The notes beneath the pieces are model-generated. The model searched no databases and had not been told where the DNA came from. It worked only from the letters and a program-made list of their open reading frames with translations. From an uncultured Gammaproteobacteria bacterium (GTDB taxonomy: Bacteria; Patescibacteriota; Patescibacteriia; S139-126), in the NCBI GenBank assembly GCA_964620905.1, contig CAZUKA010000001.1:222524-286523 (forward strand): 64,000 nt of DNA. The letters are read 5' to 3'. Positions 29,482-37,491 of the stretch are shown here, piece by piece (positions within the stretch are counted from its first letter, which is position 1; every line of letters begins with the position of its first letter). The translations under genes were made by a program, and so were the position numbers.

Positions 29482-31014
29482 TTAAAAAGGTAAATTTTCC
29501 GGCGCTTGTCCGGGAGATGTTGTTTGATCTGCAGATAAGTTTTCTGTTTTCTGTTTTTTATTTCCGTCATACTCAAACTGATTTTTTTCTGTTGGTAAAA
29601 CCACTTCAAAATCAGTTTGATCAGAAGATGAAATCCCATTAAAAATAGGTTTCGATTTAATTTCATTTTTAACCTCGCCAGGGATATTTACTGTTATGGG
29701 CTCTCCACCACGTTTCTGATCTACCGGTAACTGGGCAGGTGGCTCTGATCGTTTGCTTTCAACTTTTTTAACCAAAGGTGCTTTCACGGTTAAAGCAGGA
29801 AAATGATAAATAGTTGCTAACTCTTCAATATTTAAGATAAATGGTTTATTGCCAAAACGTAAATCGCCAATTCTTTTCTTAAAAGCTTTCATGATCTTGG
29901 TTTGCTTTTTAGCTAAACGTTTTTCCACCCGCCAATAATCAGCAGAGGTAGTTGTAGTTTTTACCTTAGCGAAATAGTTCATGTTTAATGTATTAAATTG
30001 GTTTAAACCTCCCATGATCGGAGCTACTCCCCGATTCTTATCAAAAATTTCACGTCGGGCTAAATAAATAAATCTACCTTTGACAAAAAAACCAATTTTC
30101 GACATTTTTTCTTCAATCGCTTGTAAAACATCTTTTTGACCACTAGTTAAATATAACATTTTATTTGGTTCATCACCTTTGCTTTTTTCATCAGCTGTAC
30201 CTTCAGCTTTAACAACAAAAGTATCTCCCAAAAATTTCATAAAAGACAAAAAAGGAATGGTTAAATAATAACCTAAATCTTTCTGCTGAGTTTGCTTTTC
30301 ACCAATAATTTTTTTTACTTCCTTTTCGCACTCTTTTTTCCAACTATCTCCCGTGGGTGTAATTATCCATTGCAAACAAGCAAATTCGCCTCCTTTTAAA
30401 TGTGACATCACCTCCAATAAAGATGAGATTGGATCTTTTATTTCTTGTGATAAAGTATGTTCAAAACGCGGATAGGTTCTAATAGGATAAGGGTTCTTAT
30501 TCCCCAATTTTATATCAGTGCCCCAAAGCTCATAGGTATCATTAGGAAATTCATCGGGAAAATTTTGGGCATAATCACTAAATGGCATAATTTCAGCGTC
30601 CGGATACTGGGCAAAAAAAGCCGCTTCTACCACGTCTTTATATTTTTCTGGAAAATGAACTAAATATTGGATATAACCTTCCAGACTGACCAATTCTAAA
30701 CTAAAAGGTAACTGATGCTGACCCAACCAATATTTTTCATATAAATTAGGTCCACTAAGAGTCCCGGCTAAAGTTGCGAAAACTTGTTCTACTGCTTTTG
30801 GTGATTGCTCGTTGTTTTTGGGAATATCAACCGCCAACAACATAAATTTGGTCGCACGTAAAAATTTTTCCCGACGCGCTGGTAACCAGAACCATTTAAT
30901 AAAAAAACTTAAAATAAAAAAAAGAAAAAATATTGAAAAAATTCCCAATAAAATTGGTCCGGCAACTGAGATAATTTTAGGATCTACATTTAGTGGTGAC
31001 AAATCGATGGTCAT
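29482..31014 (-). CDS. Hypothetical single-pass membrane protein (operon partner of the ATPase)
   Basis: 510 aa. One N-terminal TM (ISVAGPILLGIFSIFFLFFILSFFIKWFWL), then a large domain with no recognisable motif. 4-bp gaps to both neighbours. Confidence 0.4.
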   Translation of the reverse strand: MTIDLSPLNVDPKIISVAGPILLGIFSIFFLFFILSFFIKWFWLPARREKFLRATKFMLLAVDIPKNNEQSPKAVEQVFATLAGTLSGPNLYEKYWLGQHQLPFSLELVSLEGYIQYLVHFPEKYKDVVEAAFFAQYPDAEIMPFSDYAQNFPDEFPNDTYELWGTDIKLGNKNPYPIRTYPRFEHTLSQEIKDPISSLLEVMSHLKGGEFACLQWIITPTGDSWKKECEKEVKKIIGEKQTQQKDLGYYLTIPFLSFMKFLGDTFVVKAEGTADEKSKGDEPNKMLYLTSGQKDVLQAIEEKMSKIGFFVKGRFIYLARREIFDKNRGVAPIMGGLNQFNTLNMNYFAKVKTTTTSADYWRVEKRLAKKQTKIMKAFKKRIGDLRFGNKPFILNIEELATIYHFPALTVKAPLVKKVESKRSEPPAQLPVDQKRGGEPITVNIPGEVKNEIKSKPIFNGISSSDQTDFEVVLPTEKNQFEYDGNKKQKTENLSADQTTSPGQAPENLPF

Positions 31015-31018
31015 GGTT

Positions 31019-32137
31019 TTAAGAGGCAGCTAATTTATATGTGCCATCGGCGTTTTTAGTAAATCTTTTTTTATTCATTAGAGCCAAGGCAATAGTACTT
31101 TCCTTAACCAAGCGCTTCTGTAAAACTTCTTTTATTATTTCCTGCTTAGTCAATGGTTCAATGGAATTCTGAATAATTTCTTTTATCACCTCGGCTACAA
31201 CTCCTGGTTTATAACCCCATTCTTTCAAAGCATAAATTCCGCGACCAATCAACACATATCTACTATTATCTAAAATTAGTTCATTGTGGATAGTGGCCGC
31301 ATGCGCTTTCTTGCCGTCAAAATTTGCTTCGTTTATTTTTGTTGCTATTTCACGAAAATGCATTGGTTGACCGCCATGTTTGAGGACTAAATAAATTTTA
31401 TCATTCATCCGACGCGGTGAAATTAAAGGCCAATTATAAAAACCCCAATCGCCAAATGGATTGACTTTCAATTTTTTAGATAATTTGATGTAAGACAAAA
31501 AAATATCAAGATTTATTTTTTCTTGCCATTTCATACCAATCTCATCTTTTTTAAATTGTTGCCACAATTCTTCTGTAGTAAATAAACGATTGGCTCGTTT
31601 TATCATTTCTTCGGTTGCCAATATTACTTCGGATAAAATTTGCGAATTAAAATCCGGCAGTTGCCAACCAGCTTTGAAATTTTTATTTTCTCTTATAGGT
31701 AAAAACTGATCTTTGGCCAGTTCTAAAAAGAAAACAACAAAATTATCGTCTATTTTTTCATTAACCAATTCCTTTACTTTTCTAATTAATTCATTAGCTT
31801 CAATTACTCCACCTAAATCACGAATTATCTGTTCAACCACAATCAATGAATGGTTTAATTCTGTATTATCACGCAAAAATTTTTTTAGTTGTTTAATGCT
31901 TACTACTTCAATCTGTCGCACCCTCTCTCTAGTGATATTATAAACCTTGCCAATATCCTCCAAAGTATAACGTTTAGCTTCAATATTTAATCCATGACGT
32001 AAAGCAATCACATCTTTTTCCCTTGTTGGTAGTAGAGACAAGATTTCGTTGATAATAATTTTCGGATTAAATAAAGCTGCTTCTTCTTTAATTTGAGTAG
32101 CAATTACTTTTTCTAAAATTGAATCATTATTTGTCAT
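31019..32137 (-). CDS. Sigma-70 region-4 domain protein with C-terminal HARE-HTH-like domain
   Basis: N-terminus TREKDVIALRHGLNIEAKRYTLEDIGKVYNITRERVRQIEVVSIKQLKKF is a region 4.2 HTH. C-terminus PMHFREIATKINE ... YVLIGRGIYALKEWGY resembles the HARE-HTH of the RNAP delta subunit. Confidence 0.55.
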   Translation of the reverse strand: MTNNDSILEKVIATQIKEEAALFNPKIIINEILSLLPTREKDVIALRHGLNIEAKRYTLEDIGKVYNITRERVRQIEVVSIKQLKKFLRDNTELNHSLIVVEQIIRDLGGVIEANELIRKVKELVNEKIDDNFVVFFLELAKDQFLPIRENKNFKAGWQLPDFNSQILSEVILATEEMIKRANRLFTTEELWQQFKKDEIGMKWQEKINLDIFLSYIKLSKKLKVNPFGDWGFYNWPLISPRRMNDKIYLVLKHGGQPMHFREIATKINEANFDGKKAHAATIHNELILDNSRYVLIGRGIYALKEWGYKPGVVAEVIKEIIQNSIEPLTKQEIIKEVLQKRLVKESTIALALMNKKRFTKNADGTYKLAAS

Positions 32138-32168
32138 ACTATTACATTAATAATACCCTAATATTATT

Positions 32169-32197
32169 AGTATACCAAATTTTTGCCAATCTGTCAA
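32169..32197 (-). promoter_or_regulatory. Sigma70-type promoter with extended -10 for the 32137..27691 operon
   Basis: Minus strand reads TTGACA (plus 32192-32197), a 17-nt spacer, then TGgTATACT (plus 32169-32174 is the -10). About 30 nt upstream of the ATG at 32137. Confidence 0.5.
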
Positions 32198-32232
32198 ATA
32201 TATGTTTGTATTAAGTTTCACAAAAATTAAAT

Positions 32233-32252
32233 TCCACGGCTATACGGCCGTG
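32233..32252 (-). terminator. Hairpin downstream of the EamA-like gene (probable terminator/insulator)
   Basis: ccacggct-atac-ggccgtgg, an 8-bp GC-rich stem followed on the minus strand by a T-rich tract. Confidence 0.4.
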
Positions 32253-32345
32253 GTATCTATAAAACTAGTATTGACTAAAATATACTATCTAAAAGAAAAA
32301 TTCCCTGATTAATTATAAATTAAATATTTAATCTATCTAGTTGGT

Positions 32346-32768
32346 TTATTTTAAGCTTATTAAAATCGCACCACCAGCCATCATAATACTACCAAGAATT
32401 CCCTTCCAACCAAAGCCTTCACTTAAAAATATACCGGCGAGTAACACAACAAAAACGATACTCAATCTATCAATAGCAGCTACTTTGCTGGCTACACCGA
32501 CTTTGAGGGCATAAAAATAAAATAACCATGACAAAGCCCCAGCAACACCAGCTAAAACAATCAACCACCAATCTTTACTGGACAAAGTTTGTATAGTGAA
32601 ACCTCGCCATTTTCCAAAAATTAAACTAACTAAAACTAAAAACAAGGCCATAATTACTGACCTGATAGCTGTAGCCAGAGTTGAATCAATATTTTTTAAA
32701 CCCAACTTGCCAAAAATCGCCACCAACGCTGCGCTGATAGCAGCTAAAAATGCATAAAATTGCCACAT
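32346..32768 (-). CDS. Single-domain EamA/DMT-family small membrane transporter
   Basis: 140 aa with 4-5 TM helices, equivalent to one half of a drug/metabolite transporter. Confidence 0.5.
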   Translation of the reverse strand: MWQFYAFLAAISAALVAIFGKLGLKNIDSTLATAIRSVIMALFLVLVSLIFGKWRGFTIQTLSSKDWWLIVLAGVAGALSWLFYFYALKVGVASKVAAIDRLSIVFVVLLAGIFLSEGFGWKGILGSIMMAGGAILISLK

Positions 32769-32771
32769 AAA

Positions 32772-33749
32772 TTAATTTGTTATTCTTTTTTTAAATTCCT
32801 CCACCATTGGCACTTGTTCTTCCTCGTGACCATAGTATCTGGCAATAGAAACAGCTGTCCAATCAGCCAACAGTAAAGAATTAAAATATTTTAACCATTT
32901 TGTTTCACCCTCTAAATATATATTTCTAACTGGTAAACGTCTCTCATGATAAAGTTGAAATAAAACCTCTAGCCTTTTTTTATTTCGCGGATTATCTGTA
33001 GAATCAAGTAAAAATAAGATATAAAAACGATCAGTCAAATATTTACTTTTGTCGTTTAAATCAAAACCAGTCATCTCGTTGTGGTTGAGTTCTGGGACTA
33101 CATTATAAAAAGCCGGGATTTTACCTGTTTCATTTAATTTAATTTTCCAATTATATCCCAAACTTTTATTTTTTTGACTAGTATAAATCAGAGGAACAAA
33201 ACCCGATATTTCAGAGGCTATTTCTTGACCTTGGCTTTTCATTTTTTCAACTTCTAGTTCGGTAGTTAATTTTTTTAAAGTCAACAAAATATCCTTTTTG
33301 GCAAGTAAGGTAGCAAGAGCTATCAAGCTAAATCCCAAAGCACTGCGTGGTTGAATACCGGTTTGAGGAAGTTTTATATATGGCACGCCATCTTTTTGAG
33401 CCAAAGCTAACAATTGCCCACCTACCGCAATCACGGCTGATGATAATTTTTTAGACCGGGCCTGCAGATAACCATCAATAGTTTCTTCGGTATTACCAGA
33501 GTAAGAACTAAAAATAAATAAAGTGTTTTTTGACCTCTCAGTAGTCAGTGCAACTTCAGGTAAACCATAATCTGAATGAATTTGTAAATCAATTTCTGGT
33601 TCTAAATTTTGCAATATATCAGCCGATAAGTGCGATCCTCCCATACCACAAACCACAAAACTTTTATAGGTAGTGAGCTGGGAAGCAAATTCAACTTTAG
33701 GTGAAAATTCAAACTGCTTAGGGAAATTCAAAATAGCCTCGGTCATCAT
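32772..33749 (-). CDS. Bifunctional phosphoglucose/phosphomannose isomerase (archaeal-type SIS-domain PGI/PMI)
   Basis: FVVCGMGGSHLSADIL SIS motif. About 325 aa, as for the PGI/PMI family and unlike the 450-550 aa canonical PGI. Confidence 0.65.
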   Translation of the reverse strand: MMTEAILNFPKQFEFSPKVEFASQLTTYKSFVVCGMGGSHLSADILQNLEPEIDLQIHSDYGLPEVALTTERSKNTLFIFSSYSGNTEETIDGYLQARSKKLSSAVIAVGGQLLALAQKDGVPYIKLPQTGIQPRSALGFSLIALATLLAKKDILLTLKKLTTELEVEKMKSQGQEIASEISGFVPLIYTSQKNKSLGYNWKIKLNETGKIPAFYNVVPELNHNEMTGFDLNDKSKYLTDRFYILFLLDSTDNPRNKKRLEVLFQLYHERRLPVRNIYLEGETKWLKYFNSLLLADWTAVSIARYYGHEEEQVPMVEEFKKRITN

Positions 33750-33753
33750 AGAT

Positions 33754-34482
33754 TTATTGCTTAGTTAGATTTATCAATTCCACCCAAGAATCATAAGGCA
33801 CTACTCCAGATATTTTTTCACCGTTGATAAAAAAAGTAGGTGTTGCTTCTACACTTAAATCAAAACCATCACTCTGGTCTTGAGCAACTTCATTTTTATA
33901 TTTTTCTGTCTCCAAACATTCTTTAAAAACATTCATATCCAATTGCAATCTTTCGGCATAAACAAATAAATACCCCAAGTCTAACTTTGATTGATTTTGG
34001 AAAAGTAGATCATGGTATTCCCAAAATTTTTCTTGGTCATAAGCACACTGTGCAGCTAAAGCTGCTGTTCTAGCTTGAGGATGAATATCATCCAACGGAA
34101 AGTCTCGATAAATATAAAAAACATCATTAGGATAATTGCGCAATAAATCCCTGACAATGGTATGTGCTTGCGAACAATAAGGACATTGAAAGTCAGAAAA
34201 TTCTACTATCCGTAAAGGAGCATTTGGGTTGCCTAAATGTGGATCAGTAGTTGTGTAAATTTTTTCCAAATAACTTTGTCCATCAATATTTTGGGTTGTA
34301 TTTATATTTAAACCACTTGGCGATTTTGAAGCGAGAAATGCTAGTAGAATTGAGATACTTACCCAAATTATGACTATAGCCAAAATAAACAAAATAAACC
34401 AAAAACGCCAACGATAAATTAATTTTTTTTTCTGCTGTTTTTCCTGAGCTTGTGTAGTATTGGTATCTGTTTCAACTGGCAT
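33754..34482 (-). CDS. Membrane-anchored DsbA-like thiol:disulfide oxidoreductase
   Basis: N-terminal TM, thioredoxin-fold CPYC active site (FSDFQCPYCSQ). Confidence 0.65.
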   Translation of the reverse strand: MPVETDTNTTQAQEKQQKKKLIYRWRFWFILFILAIVIIWVSISILLAFLASKSPSGLNINTTQNIDGQSYLEKIYTTTDPHLGNPNAPLRIVEFSDFQCPYCSQAHTIVRDLLRNYPNDVFYIYRDFPLDDIHPQARTAALAAQCAYDQEKFWEYHDLLFQNQSKLDLGYLFVYAERLQLDMNVFKECLETEKYKNEVAQDQSDGFDLSVEATPTFFINGEKISGVVPYDSWVELINLTKQ

Positions 34483-34581
34483 ATTATTTTTATAATTTTA
34501 CTTTAAATTTATTATACCAAATTACCTGTAAACCAACAAAAACCCCGACGTTAGTCGGGGTTTCGTTATTATCTTATTTTG

Positions 34582-35334
34582 TTACTGTAATAGTGGATCA
34601 ATAATTGATTTAACATTAGCAATAGGTAAGGCACCACTAATTGGCACTCTTTGTCCATCACGGGTTAATACTACTGAATAAGGCGTGCCTTGTCCGCCGC
34701 TATTGATGGCGTCTTGATATTGGTTTTGGACTTTGTCTTTGAAAGTGTTAGCTTTGACACAATCGTTAAATTTAGTTTCATCCACACCAACATTTTTAGC
34801 AAAGGCAACTAAATCATCAACTTCTTGTTCATAAAGCAGGTCTAAATATTGCCAAAATACATCATTACCACCCAATGAACCAACGCATTCTGCCGCTTCG
34901 GCTTTTGCTCTAGCTTGAGGGTGAAGTGAATCAAGAGGGAAATGACGATATACCCAAGCAACTTTACCAGCATAATCACCTAGCACCTGTTTCATAGTCG
35001 GATGGAAACGAGAACAGAAAGGACAATCAATATCTGAAAATTCAACGATTACCACTTGTGCGCTATCAATGTCACCTCGAATATAATCTTCACTACTAAC
35101 CGGTTGAATATTTATCTGACCTGAGGGAGCCGCTTGGTTGTCGTCATTCGCTGCAGGTTGGGTGGGTTGATTAAATGCAGCTAATGATTTATCGTTTTTA
35201 GCTGTATTACCTTGACCATTAAATAACAACCAAAAAAAACCAATACTAAAAATTACTAAAAAAGTGGCAATTATACCTAAAACAAAAGATTTGCCAGGAC
35301 CTAAAAATTCAAATAAACTCGGTTTTTTATCCAT
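34582..35334 (-). CDS. Membrane-anchored DsbA-like thiol:disulfide oxidoreductase (paralogue)
   Basis: Start taken at MDKKPSLFEF (ATG 35334). TM anchor, CPFC active site (FSDIDCPFCSRFHP). Tandem paralogue of the preceding gene. Confidence 0.65.
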   Translation of the reverse strand: MDKKPSLFEFLGPGKSFVLGIIATFLVIFSIGFFWLLFNGQGNTAKNDKSLAAFNQPTQPAANDDNQAAPSGQINIQPVSSEDYIRGDIDSAQVVIVEFSDIDCPFCSRFHPTMKQVLGDYAGKVAWVYRHFPLDSLHPQARAKAEAAECVGSLGGNDVFWQYLDLLYEQEVDDLVAFAKNVGVDETKFNDCVKANTFKDKVQNQYQDAINSGGQGTPYSVVLTRDGQRVPISGALPIANVKSIIDPLLQ

Positions 35335-35547
35335 ATATGAATTTAAATTAATTTTTATAATTAAACTATTTGATAGTATAACAAATATTTTATTTTGGTG
35401 CAATTATGTGTGGATAAAAAATCAATTGTTTAAAATTATTAAAAATTCTTGGTTCAATATTCCAGTATATTAATAATTTCTCCAACTATACATTGACAAA
35501 AGAAATGAGTTATTTTATATTTAAATCCTATCAAACAGGAGGGCTCG

Positions 35548-35697
35548 ATGATAGACCAAATTAAAGTAATATTTAATCGTTCATTTTATTTAATTCCCTT
35601 CTGTCTTGGTACAAAGCGTACTACATGTACGCACCTAAAAAACCCGATTCAAATGAAACTGCTTGGTCACTATGATCTTTTGATAGAACCTGGCTAG
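35548..35697 (+). CDS. Candidate small ORF (49 aa) with strong Shine-Dalgarno
   Basis: AGGAGGG sits 5 nt upstream of the ATG (aaacAGGAGGGctcgATG). Encodes MIDQIKVIFNRSFYLIPFCLGTKRTTCTHLKNPIQMKLLGHYDLLIEPG. Followed by a terminator at 35727-35750. Confidence 0.3.
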   Translation: MIDQIKVIFNRSFYLIPFCLGTKRTTCTHLKNPIQMKLLGHYDLLIEPG

Positions 35698-35726
35698 GTG
35701 CCAAAAATCGTTTTGTACTTGGACAT

Positions 35727-35750
35727 AAGCGACTCTTTATTGAGTCGCTT
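35727..35750 (+). terminator. Rho-independent terminator
   Basis: aagcgactc-tttattg-agtcgctt followed by TTTTTT on the plus strand. Confidence 0.55.
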
Positions 35751-35800
35751 TTTTAACTGTTTCAATTTTATAAAAATTCTTATACTATAAATAGGACTAT

Positions 35801-35875
35801 GGCCCGTTCGTCTAGTGGCTAGGACGCATGGTTCTCATCCATGTAACAGGGGTTCAATTCCCCTACGGGCTACCA
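35801..35875 (+). tRNA. tRNA-Glu (anticodon CTC), CCA encoded
   Basis: Manual fold: acceptor GGCCCGT/ACGGGCT, D-arm GTCT-AGTGGCTA-GGAC, anticodon stem CATGG/CCATG with loop TTCTCAT (CTC), T-arm AGGGG-TTCAATT-CCCCT, 3' CCA. Closely resembles bacterial tRNA-Glu. Confidence 0.8.
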
Positions 35876-35903
35876 TTTATTTTTTATTATTGACCAATTA
35901 TCA

Positions 35904-36194
35904 ATGACCAATTATCAAGAAGAAAAAGATCTTATTCAAGATTTTTTTATGCCAATTTTACTGGGAAAATTGAGAGCTAACCGTTTTAAAAAACATTGGG
36001 GTGATGAAAGTATCGAAAATTTAATAAAAAGAGTTGACCAAGAAGTAATTGAATTAAAAGAATATATTAAAATGAATCATCGGAGTAAAATCGCTTTAGA
36101 AGCGGCTGATGTTGCTTTATTCTGTGCAATGATAGCCTATCTCTCAACTTTACCTGAATCAACAAAAACTAAACCCACGGTTTCTCCTGTCTAA
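35904..36194 (+). CDS. MazG-like nucleoside triphosphate pyrophosphohydrolase (single EE-xx-E/D domain)
   Basis: 96 aa all-alpha protein with VDQEVIELKEYIKMNHRSKIALEAADVALFCAMIAY, typical of small MazG/HisE-like NTP-PPases. Confidence 0.55.
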   Translation: MTNYQEEKDLIQDFFMPILLGKLRANRFKKHWGDESIENLIKRVDQEVIELKEYIKMNHRSKIALEAADVALFCAMIAYLSTLPESTKTKPTVSPV

Positions 36195-37482
36195 CTAAAA
36201 GTAATTTTGCATTCTCTGGCTGAGCCATAACTTCTTTAACTACTAGCTCCATGCGGGCTCCTTGTGAACCCTTAATCAATATTAGATCGTTTTTTTTAAT
36301 TAGCTGTTGCAAAAACTCACCTGTCTTTTGATTGTCAGAAAAAAAATAAACCCGTTCCTCGCCCATACCTGCTTCTTTAGCACCCCGACCAATATCTCTA
36401 GCTTTCTCTCCGACACAAAGTAAAAAATCTATATTTAACTCAGCCGCTCGGTGTCCAACCTCACGATGCCCTTGTTCGGTGTATGAACCAAGCTCCAACA
36501 TATCGCCAAAAACCGCTATTCGCCTACCTTGACCTGGTAAATAAATTTCAGCTAACACCTCGAGTCCAGCTTTAGCCGCGGCGGGAGAAGAATTATAAGT
36601 ATCATCAATAACAATTGTATCTTTTATTCCCAAAATTAAATTCATCCTGCCTTTGGGAGACTGAAATCTTTGCAGAGCATCAGCGATTTCAACTAAATTA
36701 AAATTACAAGCTATACCTACCGCAGCTGCTGACAAAGCTGCATAAACTTGATGTCTCCCTAATACTCCTGGTAAAAAAATAGGCACACTACTGCCACCAT
36801 AGACTAACTTGAAAGATAAACCTTTTACCACTTCCTCAGCACCCCAATTACCGGCAGATAAGTTTATTTCTACAGCTCGCACAATATTGTCAGGCTCCAG
36901 TCCATATGTAATAACTTGTGACCTAGCTTTCAAGCTGGTTTGTTTTACCAACCAATCATCACCATTTAAGATGGCGGTTCCTTCTCTTTTAACAGTTTCA
37001 ATAATTATTTGTTTTTCTCTTAAAATATTTTCAATTTTTTTAAAAAATTCCAAATGCACCGAAGTCACAGCCGTCAAAACACTAATATCAGGCTGAATAA
37101 AGGAAGTTAAATAACGAATATCACCTGGTCGATCAGCTCCCATTTCTAAAACTAAAACTTGCGGATACTGCTGTTTAACAATAAGTAAAATTATAGCCTG
37201 ATAAAAAACCATCAGCCAACCAAATAAATTTTTACCAGGGCTTCTAAAACCTAAAACCGTCAAAGGTACACCAATCTCGTTATTGAAATTTCCGGTACTG
37301 CGACGGACGGAAAAATGTTTTTGTAAAACCGAATAAATCGCCTCTTTGGCAGAAGTTTTTCCTACCGATCCGGTGATGGCAACTATCTTAGGCTGATATT
37401 TCTTGATCACCAATTGAGAAAATATTTTCAACCACCATATTACTATTTTTTTCATATAATTTAATTGTAAATCATTTGCCAA
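36169..37482 (-). CDS. murF: UDP-N-acetylmuramoyl-tripeptide--D-alanyl-D-alanine ligase
   Basis: Mur ligase P-loop VAITGSVGKTSAKEAI, central and C-terminal Mur ligase domains. Last gene of the mraZ-rsmH-ftsL-ftsI-murF block. Confidence 0.8.
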   Translation of the reverse strand: MANDLQLNYMKKIVIWWLKIFSQLVIKKYQPKIVAITGSVGKTSAKEAIYSVLQKHFSVRRSTGNFNNEIGVPLTVLGFRSPGKNLFGWLMVFYQAIILLIVKQQYPQVLVLEMGADRPGDIRYLTSFIQPDISVLTAVTSVHLEFFKKIENILREKQIIIETVKREGTAILNGDDWLVKQTSLKARSQVITYGLEPDNIVRAVEINLSAGNWGAEEVVKGLSFKLVYGGSSVPIFLPGVLGRHQVYAALSAAAVGIACNFNLVEIADALQRFQSPKGRMNLILGIKDTIVIDDTYNSSPAAAKAGLEVLAEIYLPGQGRRIAVFGDMLELGSYTEQGHREVGHRAAELNIDFLLCVGEKARDIGRGAKEAGMGEERVYFFSDNQKTGEFLQQLIKKNDLILIKGSQGARMELVVKEVMAQPENAKLLLVRQEKPWV

Positions 37483-37491
37483 TTAAAACAA

